DNA of 14,080 bases from Candidatus Omnitrophota bacterium (GTDB taxonomy: Bacteria > Omnitrophota > Gorgyraeia > JABMRG01 > JAFGKX01), in contig CP070655.1 of assembly GCA_020354945.1 (NCBI GenBank), positions 600,911 through 614,990 on the forward strand, given 5' to 3'. Shown one piece after another: positions 1 through 6,994 of this stretch. The stretch's first letter is position 1. Each line of letters opens with the position of its first letter. The notes beneath the pieces were generated by a model, which was not told the origin of the DNA, ran no database searches, and saw only the letters and a list, made by a program, of their open reading frames with translations. Both the position numbers and the translations under genes were made by a program.

Positions 1-1
1 A

Positions 2-394
2 GGCATCTTCTCTGTAACTCCTACCCTTAATACCGGCGGCGGGTTCGGAATATTACCTGATCAAACCCTCCTTTTTATATTAATATCCCTAATTACCATA
101 CTTTTTTTAGCACTAGCACTTAGGGACAGCCTGCAGCAGGAAAAGGGAGCTTGGAAGTTAAGCCTTTTTGTGCAGCAGAGTGTCCCCACCAAGAAAGGGA
201 AAATTTTTGTTTATTCCATTTCTATGATTCTGGCCGGTGCTCTTGGCAATCTCGTCGATAGGTTAAGATTGGGCGCAGTTATTGATTTTATCGACTTTAA
301 GGTCTGGCCCGTGTTTAATATTGCAGATTCAAGCATCACTATCGGTGTTATTATATTAGCGTGGCAGCTGCTAAAGCCAAGGATTAAGGTTTAA
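2..394 (+). CDS. lspA: Lipoprotein signal peptidase II, 5'-truncated by the window edge
   Basis: The frame is open from nt 2 ([18 protein letters not shown]...). It carries the SPase II motifs NTGxx[15 protein letters not shown] and PVFNIAD. The track's GTG at 170 is internal. lspA-rluD adjacency is common. Confidence 0.96.
   Translation, partial: GIFSVTPTLNTGGGFGILPDQTLLFILISLITILFLALALRDSLQQEKGAWKLSLFVQQSVPTKKGKIFVYSISMILAGALGNLVDRLRLGAVIDFIDFKVWPVFNIADSSITIGVIILAWQLLKPRIKV
123..186. repeat. Imperfect palindromic (REP/REPIN-like) element lying in-frame inside lspA
   Basis: Arms 123-146 GGGACAGCCTGCAGCAGGAAAAGG and 163-186 CCTTTTTGTGCAGCAGAGTGTCCC; 20 of 24 positions pair (one G-U). The GGGAC...GTCCC ends are shared with the 10450-10519 element. 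Confidence 0.75.
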
Positions 395-410
395 GTTGTA
401 AGGATTAAGT
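380..410 (+). repeat. Heptamer-period repeat, copy 1 (AGGATTA AGGTTTA AGTTGTA AGGATTA AGT)
   Basis: 30/31 nt identical to 8734-8764. It contains the lspA stop codon and ends immediately before the rluD GTG. Confidence 0.85.
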
Positions 411-1331
411 GTGAGGAAATTCAAAGTTAGCAATGAAGACACAAAACAGAGATTGGATATATTTTTAGCAAACGCCTTAAAAGACAAATATTCACGCAGT
501 TTTATAAAAAAGATTATAAAAGATGGATTTGTTCTGGTAAACAACAAAGGTGCAAAAGTTAGTTACAGATTAAAACAGAATGATGAAATAACCTTCCTCC
601 CCCCTCCCCCGAAAATTCCGAGTGTAGTTGCAGAAAATATCCCTGTTGAAATAATCTATGAAGATAAGGATATCATAGTAGTCAATAAACCAACCGGCAT
701 GGTGGTTCATCCTGCTTATGGAAATTATTCTCACACGCTGGTAAATGCTTTGCTGTTTTACTGCGATGGAAAACTTGCAAATTTAGGTAGCCCGTTAAGA
801 CCCGGCGTTGTTCATAGGTTGGATAAAGATGTTTCGGGCCTCATCGTTTTAGCCAAAACAGACATTTCGTATAAAGAATTGGTTAAACAGTTTAAACAAA
901 GAAGCATAGTTAAAAAATATATTGCTTTTGTAAAAGGAAAAGTCCCCTTACAGACCGGGAAGGTAGAATTACCTATCGGCCGCTCAATCAGAAATAGAAA
1001 GAAGATGGCTGTAACATTGGCAGGGAGAAGCGCCAAGTCGGCAGTTACGCATTATAAGGTATTGAAAAAATTTAAAGAGTTTACAAAATTATTGATAAGC
1101 ATAGAGACAGGAAGGACTCATCAGATAAGGGTCCACACCTCTTATATGGGCCATCCCATTCTGGGCGATACACGTTACGGCGGCCCTGGAGCCTTGTCTA
1201 ACGGCAGGCAAGTAGAACGGGTTATGCTTCATGCGGTTAGCCTTAAGTTTAAACACCCAATAAAAGGCAATGACCTATATTTCGAATCGCCCTTGCCGGT
1301 AGAGTTTAAAAAGCTGGAAAGGCAAGAATAA
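411..1331 (+). CDS. rluD: RluA/RluD-family 23S rRNA pseudouridine synthase with N-terminal S4 domain
   Basis: S4-like RLDIFLA...SRSFIKKIIKDGFVLVN, VVNKPTGMVVHP, catalytic VHRLDKD, TGRTHQIRVH, HPILGDTRYG and MLHA. AAGGA at 400-404 precedes the GTG start. Confidence 0.93.
   Translation: MRKFKVSNEDTKQRLDIFLANALKDKYSRSFIKKIIKDGFVLVNNKGAKVSYRLKQNDEITFLPPPPKIPSVVAENIPVEIIYEDKDIIVVNKPTGMVVHPAYGNYSHTLVNALLFYCDGKLANLGSPLRPGVVHRLDKDVSGLIVLAKTDISYKELVKQFKQRSIVKKYIAFVKGKVPLQTGKVELPIGRSIRNRKKMAVTLAGRSAKSAVTHYKVLKKFKEFTKLLISIETGRTHQIRVHTSYMGHPILGDTRYGGPGALSNGRQVERVMLHAVSLKFKHPIKGNDLYFESPLPVEFKKLERQE
1193..1212. repeat. Short REP-like hairpin in-frame in rluD
   Basis: CTTGTCT-AACGGC-AGGCAAG: 7-bp stem (one G-U) and 6-nt loop. 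It encodes LSNGRQV in the variable loop between GDxxYG and RxxLHA. Confidence 0.5.
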
Positions 1332-1342
1332 ACTTTTTACTA

Positions 1343-1371
1343 TTGACAATATTAGCGTTATACTATAAGTT
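1343..1371 (+). promoter_or_regulatory. Probable sigma70-type promoter for the coiled-coil pair and aroA
   Basis: TTGACA (1343-1348), 17-nt spacer, TAAGTT (1366-1371, fits TAnnnT), located in the intergenic gap after rluD. Confidence 0.6.
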
Positions 1372-1392
1372 AGTAAAAGAGAAAAAGAATTA

Positions 1393-1418
1393 CACCGTTT
1401 GGGAAAGCAAAGTAGCAA
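1393..1418 (+). repeat. Solo arm of the 3095-3168 palindrome (26-bp exact direct repeat)
   Basis: CACCGTTTGGGAAAGCAAAGTAGCAA is identical at 1393-1418 and 3096-3121. Similarity extends to AGAAT upstream and TGC downstream of both copies. Confidence 0.92.
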
Positions 1419-1425
1419 TGCAGTA

Positions 1426-1474
1426 GGCGCCAGACACTGGGGGAGTGCATTGTTCATTCCTGGTGTCTGACACC
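1426..1474. repeat. REP-doublet-like inverted repeat of GGTGTC(T/A)GACACC type
   Basis: Left arm GGCGCCAGACACTGGG (1426-1441) versus the reverse complement of the right arm, GGTGTCAGACACCAGG (1459-1474): 12/16 identical, all four differences transitions. The right arm is itself a palindrome, GGTGTC-T-GACACC. Confidence 0.7.
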
Positions 1475-1486
1475 CCAGAACTCCAT

Positions 1487-2341
1487 ATGACTAAAAATAC
1501 AAAAGAAACCCTGTTGGTAGTGACTGCAGTTATATTGGTCATCTTATCAATAGGGCTTTTTATTTCGAAAGAAGGACAGAAAGGTTTAAAGAAAGAGGCG
1601 GCTGTTGGACTCAACATATTAAGGACTTCTTTAAACAGGCTGCAGGATGATTTTAAAGACAAAGAAAAACTAAAAAACCAATTTGAAAAAAGATTAGATG
1701 AATTATCCAGGGAATCCGCTTCTTTAGAAGTGCAAATTATCCAGATTGAAAAAATATATGATAAGTCAGAGCAACAATTAGCCGCGATAGAAAAGGATAT
1801 GATTTCCTCACAACAGGAAATAAAAGATTTATTAGGCCAGAAAAAAGAACTAACCGAAAAAATTTCTTCCGCTAGCTCTGAGGTTTTCGATTTAGAAAAT
1901 CGTCTGGCTATATTGAAACAGACCACAACTGCATTAGAGAGGCACCTTAAAAGGATGATGCGTATAAGCGGAATAAAATCGGAGGGAAAAGAACGGTTAC
2001 CGCAAAAAGCAATTTCTATGGCAGGAACCGAAATTGAACCCGCAGCTACCGAGGCGACTTCGCCGACAGTTAGTCTTCCTCTGATATCATCCAGTAAAAC
2101 AACCCCTTTAAAGGGAGAGGTTTTGGTGGTCAATCGCGAATTTAACTTTATAGTGATAAGCCTGGGAAAACGCAATGGCCTAAAGGAGGGGGACCGTTTG
2201 AAAGTATATGATAACCATAGACTGCTTGGAGAAGTTTCTGTAGAGACGGTTAGAGAAAATATTTCGGCTGCATCCGGCGGCAAAGATTTAGATGCCTATC
2301 GACTAAGACCGGGCAATAAGGTTTACCTGGGAGAAGTTTAA
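1487..2341 (+). CDS. Hypothetical membrane-anchored coiled-coil protein with C-terminal beta domain (FlgT_C/MreC-like pattern), 284 aa
   Basis: ATG 1487 is preferred because the track's GTG 1445 lies inside the palindrome. N-terminal hydrophobic helix LLVVTAVILVILSIGLFI, long E/K/Q/L heptad region, P/A/T/S linker, then GEVLVVNREFNFIVISLGKRNGLKEGDRLKVY...LGEVSVETV...LRPGNKV. Confidence 0.85.
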   Translation: MTKNTKETLLVVTAVILVILSIGLFISKEGQKGLKKEAAVGLNILRTSLNRLQDDFKDKEKLKNQFEKRLDELSRESASLEVQIIQIEKIYDKSEQQLAAIEKDMISSQQEIKDLLGQKKELTEKISSASSEVFDLENRLAILKQTTTALERHLKRMMRISGIKSEGKERLPQKAISMAGTEIEPAATEATSPTVSLPLISSSKTTPLKGEVLVVNREFNFIVISLGKRNGLKEGDRLKVYDNHRLLGEVSVETVRENISAASGGKDLDAYRLRPGNKVYLGEV

Positions 2342-2344
2342 AGA

Positions 2345-3118
2345 ATGAAGAATCTTTTTATAATAATAATCTCGATTGTTTTATTCGCAGCAGCTGTTTC
2401 GGGAATTATATCTTATTCTCAATTAAAACAGGAAAGGTTGGAACTTTCTTCGATTGAAAAAAGAATAGAATCAGTTAAAAAGCAAATAGACCAAGCAAAA
2501 GAAAAAATCGCTATTTTAGAACAGGAAAACAAACTTTTCCAACAAAAGATTGCTGAATCTGAAAATCAAATAGATGCCTATAACATCCAAGTATCTGAAC
2601 TTAGAAATAGGAAAGAAAAAGTAATTTATAAATTGCAAAATAAACGTATCCAGTTAACCAGCCTTAAAGAAGAACTGGAAAGCTTGATTAAAGACAGGGA
2701 TAGTTTAAAATCTAAATTAAATGAGATAACAAGAGAGCGCCAATACACTGATGATGAAATTGCAAAATTAAGTAATGCCAAAAGGGATCTTGAAGAAGAT
2801 ATAAAGAAATATATTAAGCCGGGAGGAGAGATAGAGCTTGAAAAAATAATTGTAAAATTATCCGAAGTTTCCGACGGCTCTATATTGGAAATAAACGATA
2901 AGTACGGTTTTGCAATAATAGATGTTGGTTCTGAAAATGGAATAATAGTGGGAGATATCTTAGGTGTCTATCGGGACAATATATTAATTTCCAGAGTTGT
3001 GGTGGAGAAAGTTTTTGCAGATATGTCCAGCACGGTACCAGCTGCGGGTTTTACTAACGTTGATCTTATGCCATCCGATAAGGTCAAGAGAATAGCACCG
3101 TTTGGGAAAGCAAAGTAG
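2345..3118 (+). CDS. Hypothetical membrane-anchored coiled-coil protein, paralogue of the upstream gene, 257 aa
   Basis: N-terminal hydrophobic helix, long heptad region and C-terminal GSILEINDKYGFAIIDVGSENGIIVGDILGVY...ISRVVVEKV...LMPSDKV, which aligns by eye with the upstream protein. The last 7 residues (APFGKAK) and the stop come from the palindrome arm. Confidence 0.88.
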   Translation: MKNLFIIIISIVLFAAAVSGIISYSQLKQERLELSSIEKRIESVKKQIDQAKEKIAILEQENKLFQQKIAESENQIDAYNIQVSELRNRKEKVIYKLQNKRIQLTSLKEELESLIKDRDSLKSKLNEITRERQYTDDEIAKLSNAKRDLEEDIKKYIKPGGEIELEKIIVKLSEVSDGSILEINDKYGFAIIDVGSENGIIVGDILGVYRDNILISRVVVEKVFADMSSTVPAAGFTNVDLMPSDKVKRIAPFGKAK

Positions 3119-3168
3119 CAAATGCCCCTTTACGGGGATACTTGCCACTTTGCTTCTCAAAACGGTGC
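3095..3168. repeat. 74-bp palindromic element (REPIN/MITE-like)
   Basis: Arms 3095-3123 and 3140-3168 are 24/29 identical as inverted repeats, around an inner CCCC-TTTAC-GGGG stem-loop. Confidence 0.9.
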
Positions 3169-3177
3169 ATATACGAA

Positions 3178-4476
3178 ATGACCGACGTAAAAGTATGTAA
3201 AATACCTGCCATAAGGAAAGAGATAATCCTGCCCGGAGATAAATCAATATCCCATCGTGCCGTAATAATTGCTTCTATTGCTAAAGGCCCTACTTTGATA
3301 AGGAATTTTTTAGCATCTGATGATTGTTTGCATACCATGTCTGCTTTTGAAAAGATGGGGGTAGAGATTCAAAGATTAGCCAGTAATCAATTTTTGATAA
3401 ACGGAACGGGTCTATACGGCTTATCCAAGCCTGATTCAGAAATATACTTAGGCAATTCCGGAACTTCTATGAGATTGCTGCTTGGCATATTCGCGGGGCA
3501 GGAGTTTGAAGCACTACTTACCGGTGATGAGTCCCTCTGTAAAAGACCTATGAAAAGAGTCACACATCCATTGCGAATGATGGGAACCAACGTAGAAGGA
3601 GCCGATGATGCAAATTTTGCACCTTTAAAGATAAAAGGAATAAGGCCTCTTCGGGCTATCAATTACACTTTACCGATTCCAAGCGCACAGGTTAAATCCT
3701 GTATCATGTTAGCCTCTCTATATGCCGGCGGCACCTCTCACATAACTGAGCCGCAACAATCAAGAGACCACACTGAAAGAATGTTTAAACTTTTCAATGC
3801 CAAAGTCTCTGTTAATGGCGGAATTTCAGTAACAGGAGGTAGCCTTTTAATAAGCCCGGGCGAATTAACTATACCGTCTGATATATCCAGCGCCGCGTTT
3901 TTTATAGCTTTGGCTTTACTGTTGCCGGAGTCAGAAATAATTATTAAATCATGCGGGATAAATCCTACTCGCAGAGGTTTTATCGATACTTTGAAAAAAA
4001 TGGGTGCTGATATTGATATAGTAAATATAAAAGGAGAAGACCTTGAACCATATGCAGATATCATTGTTAGAAGCTCTAAATTGAAATCCATAATAGTTGA
4101 GGCTGACCAGATACCGAAAATGATAGACGAAATTCCCGCCCTTGCATTAACCGCTGCCTTCGCTTCCGGTAAGACTGTAATTAAAGGTGTCGGTGAGCTA
4201 AGGGTTAAGGAGACAGACAGAATAAATTCTATGCTTACGAATTTACGGCTCATGGACGTAGATATAACTGCTCAAGGCGATACAATAATTGTTAAAGGAC
4301 CATCCAGGCTAAAGGCGGGTAAACTTAAAAGTTTTGGCGACCACAGGACAGCTATGACCATGGTTATAGCCGGATGCCTGGCAGATGGAGAAACTACGGT
4401 AGAGGATATAGATTGTATTAGTACCTCCTTTCCCGGCTTTATGGAGTTGATAAAGCTTTTGCAGGCTCGGCGCTGA
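3178..4476 (+). CDS. aroA: 3-phosphoshikimate 1-carboxyvinyltransferase (EPSP synthase, class II-like), 432 aa
   Basis: Motifs PGDKSISHRA, GNSGTSMRL, RPMKRV, SAQVKS, RDHTE, DISSAAF, IDEIP, ELRVKETDR and GDHR. ATG 3178 is chosen because the track's TTG 3142 lies within the palindrome. Confidence 0.97.
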   Translation: MTDVKVCKIPAIRKEIILPGDKSISHRAVIIASIAKGPTLIRNFLASDDCLHTMSAFEKMGVEIQRLASNQFLINGTGLYGLSKPDSEIYLGNSGTSMRLLLGIFAGQEFEALLTGDESLCKRPMKRVTHPLRMMGTNVEGADDANFAPLKIKGIRPLRAINYTLPIPSAQVKSCIMLASLYAGGTSHITEPQQSRDHTERMFKLFNAKVSVNGGISVTGGSLLISPGELTIPSDISSAAFFIALALLLPESEIIIKSCGINPTRRGFIDTLKKMGADIDIVNIKGEDLEPYADIIVRSSKLKSIIVEADQIPKMIDEIPALALTAAFASGKTVIKGVGELRVKETDRINSMLTNLRLMDVDITAQGDTIIVKGPSRLKAGKLKSFGDHRTAMTMVIAGCLADGETTVEDIDCISTSFPGFMELIKLLQARR

Positions 4477-4499
4477 AAAACCAGGTTTTTATTATCCTG

Positions 4500-4528
4500 T
4501 TGACTTAAGTTGGGACATTTGTTATAAT
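4500..4528 (+). promoter_or_regulatory. sigma70 promoter of the mre operon with extended -10
   Basis: TTGACT (4500-4505), 17 nt, TATAAT (4523-4528), with TG at 4520-4521. Confidence 0.85.
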
Positions 4529-4560
4529 TTCTTTCGCCTCAATTAATAATGGAGAATAAA

Positions 4561-5661
4561 ATGGAAAAATCCGTTAAGTTTGATAAAGAGAAATTTACTG
4601 AGTTTTTAAAAAAGAGTTTTATTTATATTAGGCGTATGTTTTCCAACGACATGGGGATGGATTTGGGCACATCCAGTACCCTGGTTTACGTAAAGGACAG
4701 AGGCGTTGTTTTATGCGAACCCTCGGTGGTGGCTATTAGAAAGGGAAGCTCCGGCGTTTTAGCAGTGGGAGAAGAGGCAAAGCGGATGCTGGGTCGGACT
4801 CCCGGAAATATAGTAGCAACTATGCCGATGCGGGACGGAGTTATAGCAGATTTTGAAATTACAGAAGGAATGGTCCGTTATTTTATCAACAAGGTTCATG
4901 ACAGAAGGGTTTTAGTAAGGCCAAGGATGGTAATCAGTATACCGTCGGGCATCACTGAGGTTGAGAAGCGGGCTGTACGCGAATCAGCTGAAAAAGCAGG
5001 CGCCAGAGAGGTATACATGGTCGAGGAACCTATGGCTGCAGCAATAGGGGTAGGGCTGCCCATTGAGGAACCTGCCGGAAATATGATTATAGACATAGGG
5101 GGCGGGACCACTGAAATGGCTGTAATATCCTTAGCCGGTATAGTCTTTTCTAAATCGATAAGAATCGGCGGAAACGAGATGGATGCAGCCATTACCGATT
5201 ATCTTAAAAAGACATATAATTTAATGGTAGGAGAAAGAACTGCAGAGGAGATAAAGATAAAAATTGGCTCTGCTTATCCGTTAGAAGAAGAGCTTAAAAT
5301 GGAAGTGCGGGGGCGCGACTTGATTGCAGGATTGCCCAAAATGATTGCCATAACCTCAGAAGAAGTCAGAGAAGCGCTTTCTGAAACTATAAAAGAGATT
5401 GTGGATACCGTAAGGATGACTTTAGAGCGTACCCCTCCGGAGTTATCGTCAGACTTGATAGAGAGGGGAGTAGTCCTGGCCGGTGGCGGGGCTTTGCTGA
5501 GAGGCATAGATAAGATTATAGCTGAAGAGACGGGGCTCCCCGTTCACATTGCTGAAGACCCAATTACAGCAGTGGCTTTAGGCACCGGTAAAGTCCTCGA
5601 AGAGATTAAGTATTTAAGAAGAGTAGCAGTTGCCCAAAAACCTGAAATCAGGCCTTATTAA
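4561..5661 (+). CDS. mreB: Rod shape-determining actin homologue MreB
   Basis: [45 protein letters not shown] and [11 protein letters not shown] 4561 has GGAG 6 nt upstream; alternative ATGs are at 4549 and 4636. Confidence 0.97.
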   Translation: MEKSVKFDKEKFTEFLKKSFIYIRRMFSNDMGMDLGTSSTLVYVKDRGVVLCEPSVVAIRKGSSGVLAVGEEAKRMLGRTPGNIVATMPMRDGVIADFEITEGMVRYFINKVHDRRVLVRPRMVISIPSGITEVEKRAVRESAEKAGAREVYMVEEPMAAAIGVGLPIEEPAGNMIIDIGGGTTEMAVISLAGIVFSKSIRIGGNEMDAAITDYLKKTYNLMVGERTAEEIKIKIGSAYPLEEELKMEVRGRDLIAGLPKMIAITSEEVREALSETIKEIVDTVRMTLERTPPELSSDLIERGVVLAGGGALLRGIDKIIAEETGLPVHIAEDPITAVALGTGKVLEEIKYLRRVAVAQKPEIRPY

Positions 5662-5681
5662 AGATCCCGTAAGAAACTTGA

Positions 5682-6464
5682 GTGAAAAGACTAAAAAAGC
5701 AAATACCCTACCTTGTTTTATTTTTATACCTCACTCTGATTTTTATCTCACCCCCAAAATATATTAATTATCCTAAGCTGTTAGTCGTCAACGTCATTAA
5801 ATTCCCACTCCATTTCTTCAACCAATTTTCCCACAACCTTAGATATATAGTCCGTTCCAAAAGCCTCATTGAAGAAAATAAAGATTTATATCGCAGGTCG
5901 CAAGTGTTGGAAGGTGAGATTGCCCGATTGGAAGAGTTAAAAGCAGAGAATAAGCGCCTTAAAAAAATTATTTCTTTTAAACAGGAAAGTAAGTTTGTTT
6001 TTGTGGCTTGTCCTATAATTGCCAAGGATTCCACAAGTTTATCAAGCTCTATCATTATAGGTGCCGGGAAAAACGAGGGGATAAAAGAGCAAACCGTGGT
6101 AGTTACAGCGTCCGGCGTTATTGGCAGAGTTGTTGAAAGTTCTTCTAATATAAGCAGGGTTTTGCTCGTTACAGACCCAAATTCTCGAATAAGCGCAATA
6201 GATAGTCGCTCAAGATACGAAGGCATGCTTTATGGCATTCAAAAAGGATTATGCAGGATGGTATACCTGCCGTTGGATGCCGATATCGAAAAGGGAGATA
6301 TAATAGTAACATCCGGTTTCAGCAGATTTTTTCCTAAAGGTCTTATGCTCGGAAAAGTAATAGAAGTAACAGAAGGCCCCCGGGGCCTTTCTCTTTATGC
6401 TATAGTAAAACCGGAATTTGATTTATCCCGCCTAGAAGAGGTTTTGTGTATTAAAGAGAGATAG
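5682..6464 (+). CDS. mreC: Rod shape-determining protein MreC
   Basis: N-terminal TM helix, coiled coil (ENKRLKKII), GVIGRV, GDIIVTSG and FPKGLMLGKV; directly after mreB. Confidence 0.95.
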   Translation: MKRLKKQIPYLVLFLYLTLIFISPPKYINYPKLLVVNVIKFPLHFFNQFSHNLRYIVRSKSLIEENKDLYRRSQVLEGEIARLEELKAENKRLKKIISFKQESKFVFVACPIIAKDSTSLSSSIIIGAGKNEGIKEQTVVVTASGVIGRVVESSSNISRVLLVTDPNSRISAIDSRSRYEGMLYGIQKGLCRMVYLPLDADIEKGDIIVTSGFSRFFPKGLMLGKVIEVTEGPRGLSLYAIVKPEFDLSRLEEVLCIKER

Positions 6465-6493
6465 CATTAGTAACGTAAACGGTACTTAAGAAG

Positions 6494-6994
6494 ATGAAGG
6501 TAAAAACTTGGATTCTATTTCTAACTATATTTTTGATAGGGATAATACAATCAACTGCTTTAAATTATCTGTCAGCATTAGGGGCAAAACCAGATTTTCT
6601 ACTCATCACGGTTATTTTTTTTACACTCTATTTTGGAAAAAACACAGGGATAAAGACAGCAATTTTTGGCGGAATATTCAAGGATGTAACATCAACTGCC
6701 ATATTCGGAAGCAATGCATTCGGGTTTTGTCTATGTGTTTTATTCTTGGCTCGTTACGGGAGGCGTTTTTATAAACAAAGGATATCCACTCAAGTTTTAT
6801 TGTGCGGTTTGCTGTATTATATAACAACTTTTTTAATATTATTTATTAATTACGGAATATCAAAAGGAATATATGCACAGCTATCTTATTATCCCTGGAT
6901 GATATTTAAGGCAGCTATATACACAGGATTTATCTCGCCATTATTATTTTTTATCTTAAGCAGGATATTTAAGACAAAGTTAACCTATGCCTAA
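6494..6994 (+). CDS. mreD: Rod shape-determining protein MreD
   Basis: 166-aa polytopic membrane protein with KPDFLLI and GIFKD...FG motifs, between mreC and the PBP2 gene. Confidence 0.92.
   Translation: MKVKTWILFLTIFLIGIIQSTALNYLSALGAKPDFLLITVIFFTLYFGKNTGIKTAIFGGIFKDVTSTAIFGSNAFGFCLCVLFLARYGRRFYKQRISTQVLLCGLLYYITTFLILFINYGISKGIYAQLSYYPWMIFKAAIYTGFISPLLFFILSRIFKTKLTYA

Noticed and set aside
1335-1378. TTTTACTA...TAGTAAAA inverted repeat flanking the putative promoter
   Set aside because: Only 8 bp, AT-rich and 28 nt apart, so plausibly chance.
1380-1486. Structured leader as a riboswitch or known ncRNA
   Set aside because: I recognise no aptamer consensus, and the structure is explained by two repeat elements. 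An Rfam/Infernal scan would settle it.
1390-2283. 297-aa minus-strand ORF
   Set aside because: It is the antisense shadow of the 1487-2341 gene, S/F/L-rich with no motif.
1393-3121. The 26-bp direct repeat as a CRISPR repeat
   Set aside because: Only two copies, 1.7 kb apart, with no spacer array and no cas genes.
3142-3177. N-terminal extension of AroA from TTG 3142 (and likewise GTG 1445 for the first coiled-coil gene)
   Set aside because: These starts fall inside palindromic elements, and the downstream ATGs give more plausible N-termini.
1275-3338. Minus-strand ORFs sharing the peptides LLLCFPKRC and ATLLSQTV (1275-1457, 2984-3247, 1390-2283, 3084-3338)
   Set aside because: The shared peptides are translations of the 26-bp DNA repeat, not evidence of a protein family.
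6373-6389. Perfect dyad AAGGCCCC-C-GGGGCCTT in mreC
   Set aside because: It encodes an ordinary turn (EGPRGL) with no apparent length insertion and no second copy in the window.
6508-6774. 88-aa alternative-frame ORF inside mreD
   Set aside because: It is fully nested in a well-supported gene and has no recognisable motif.
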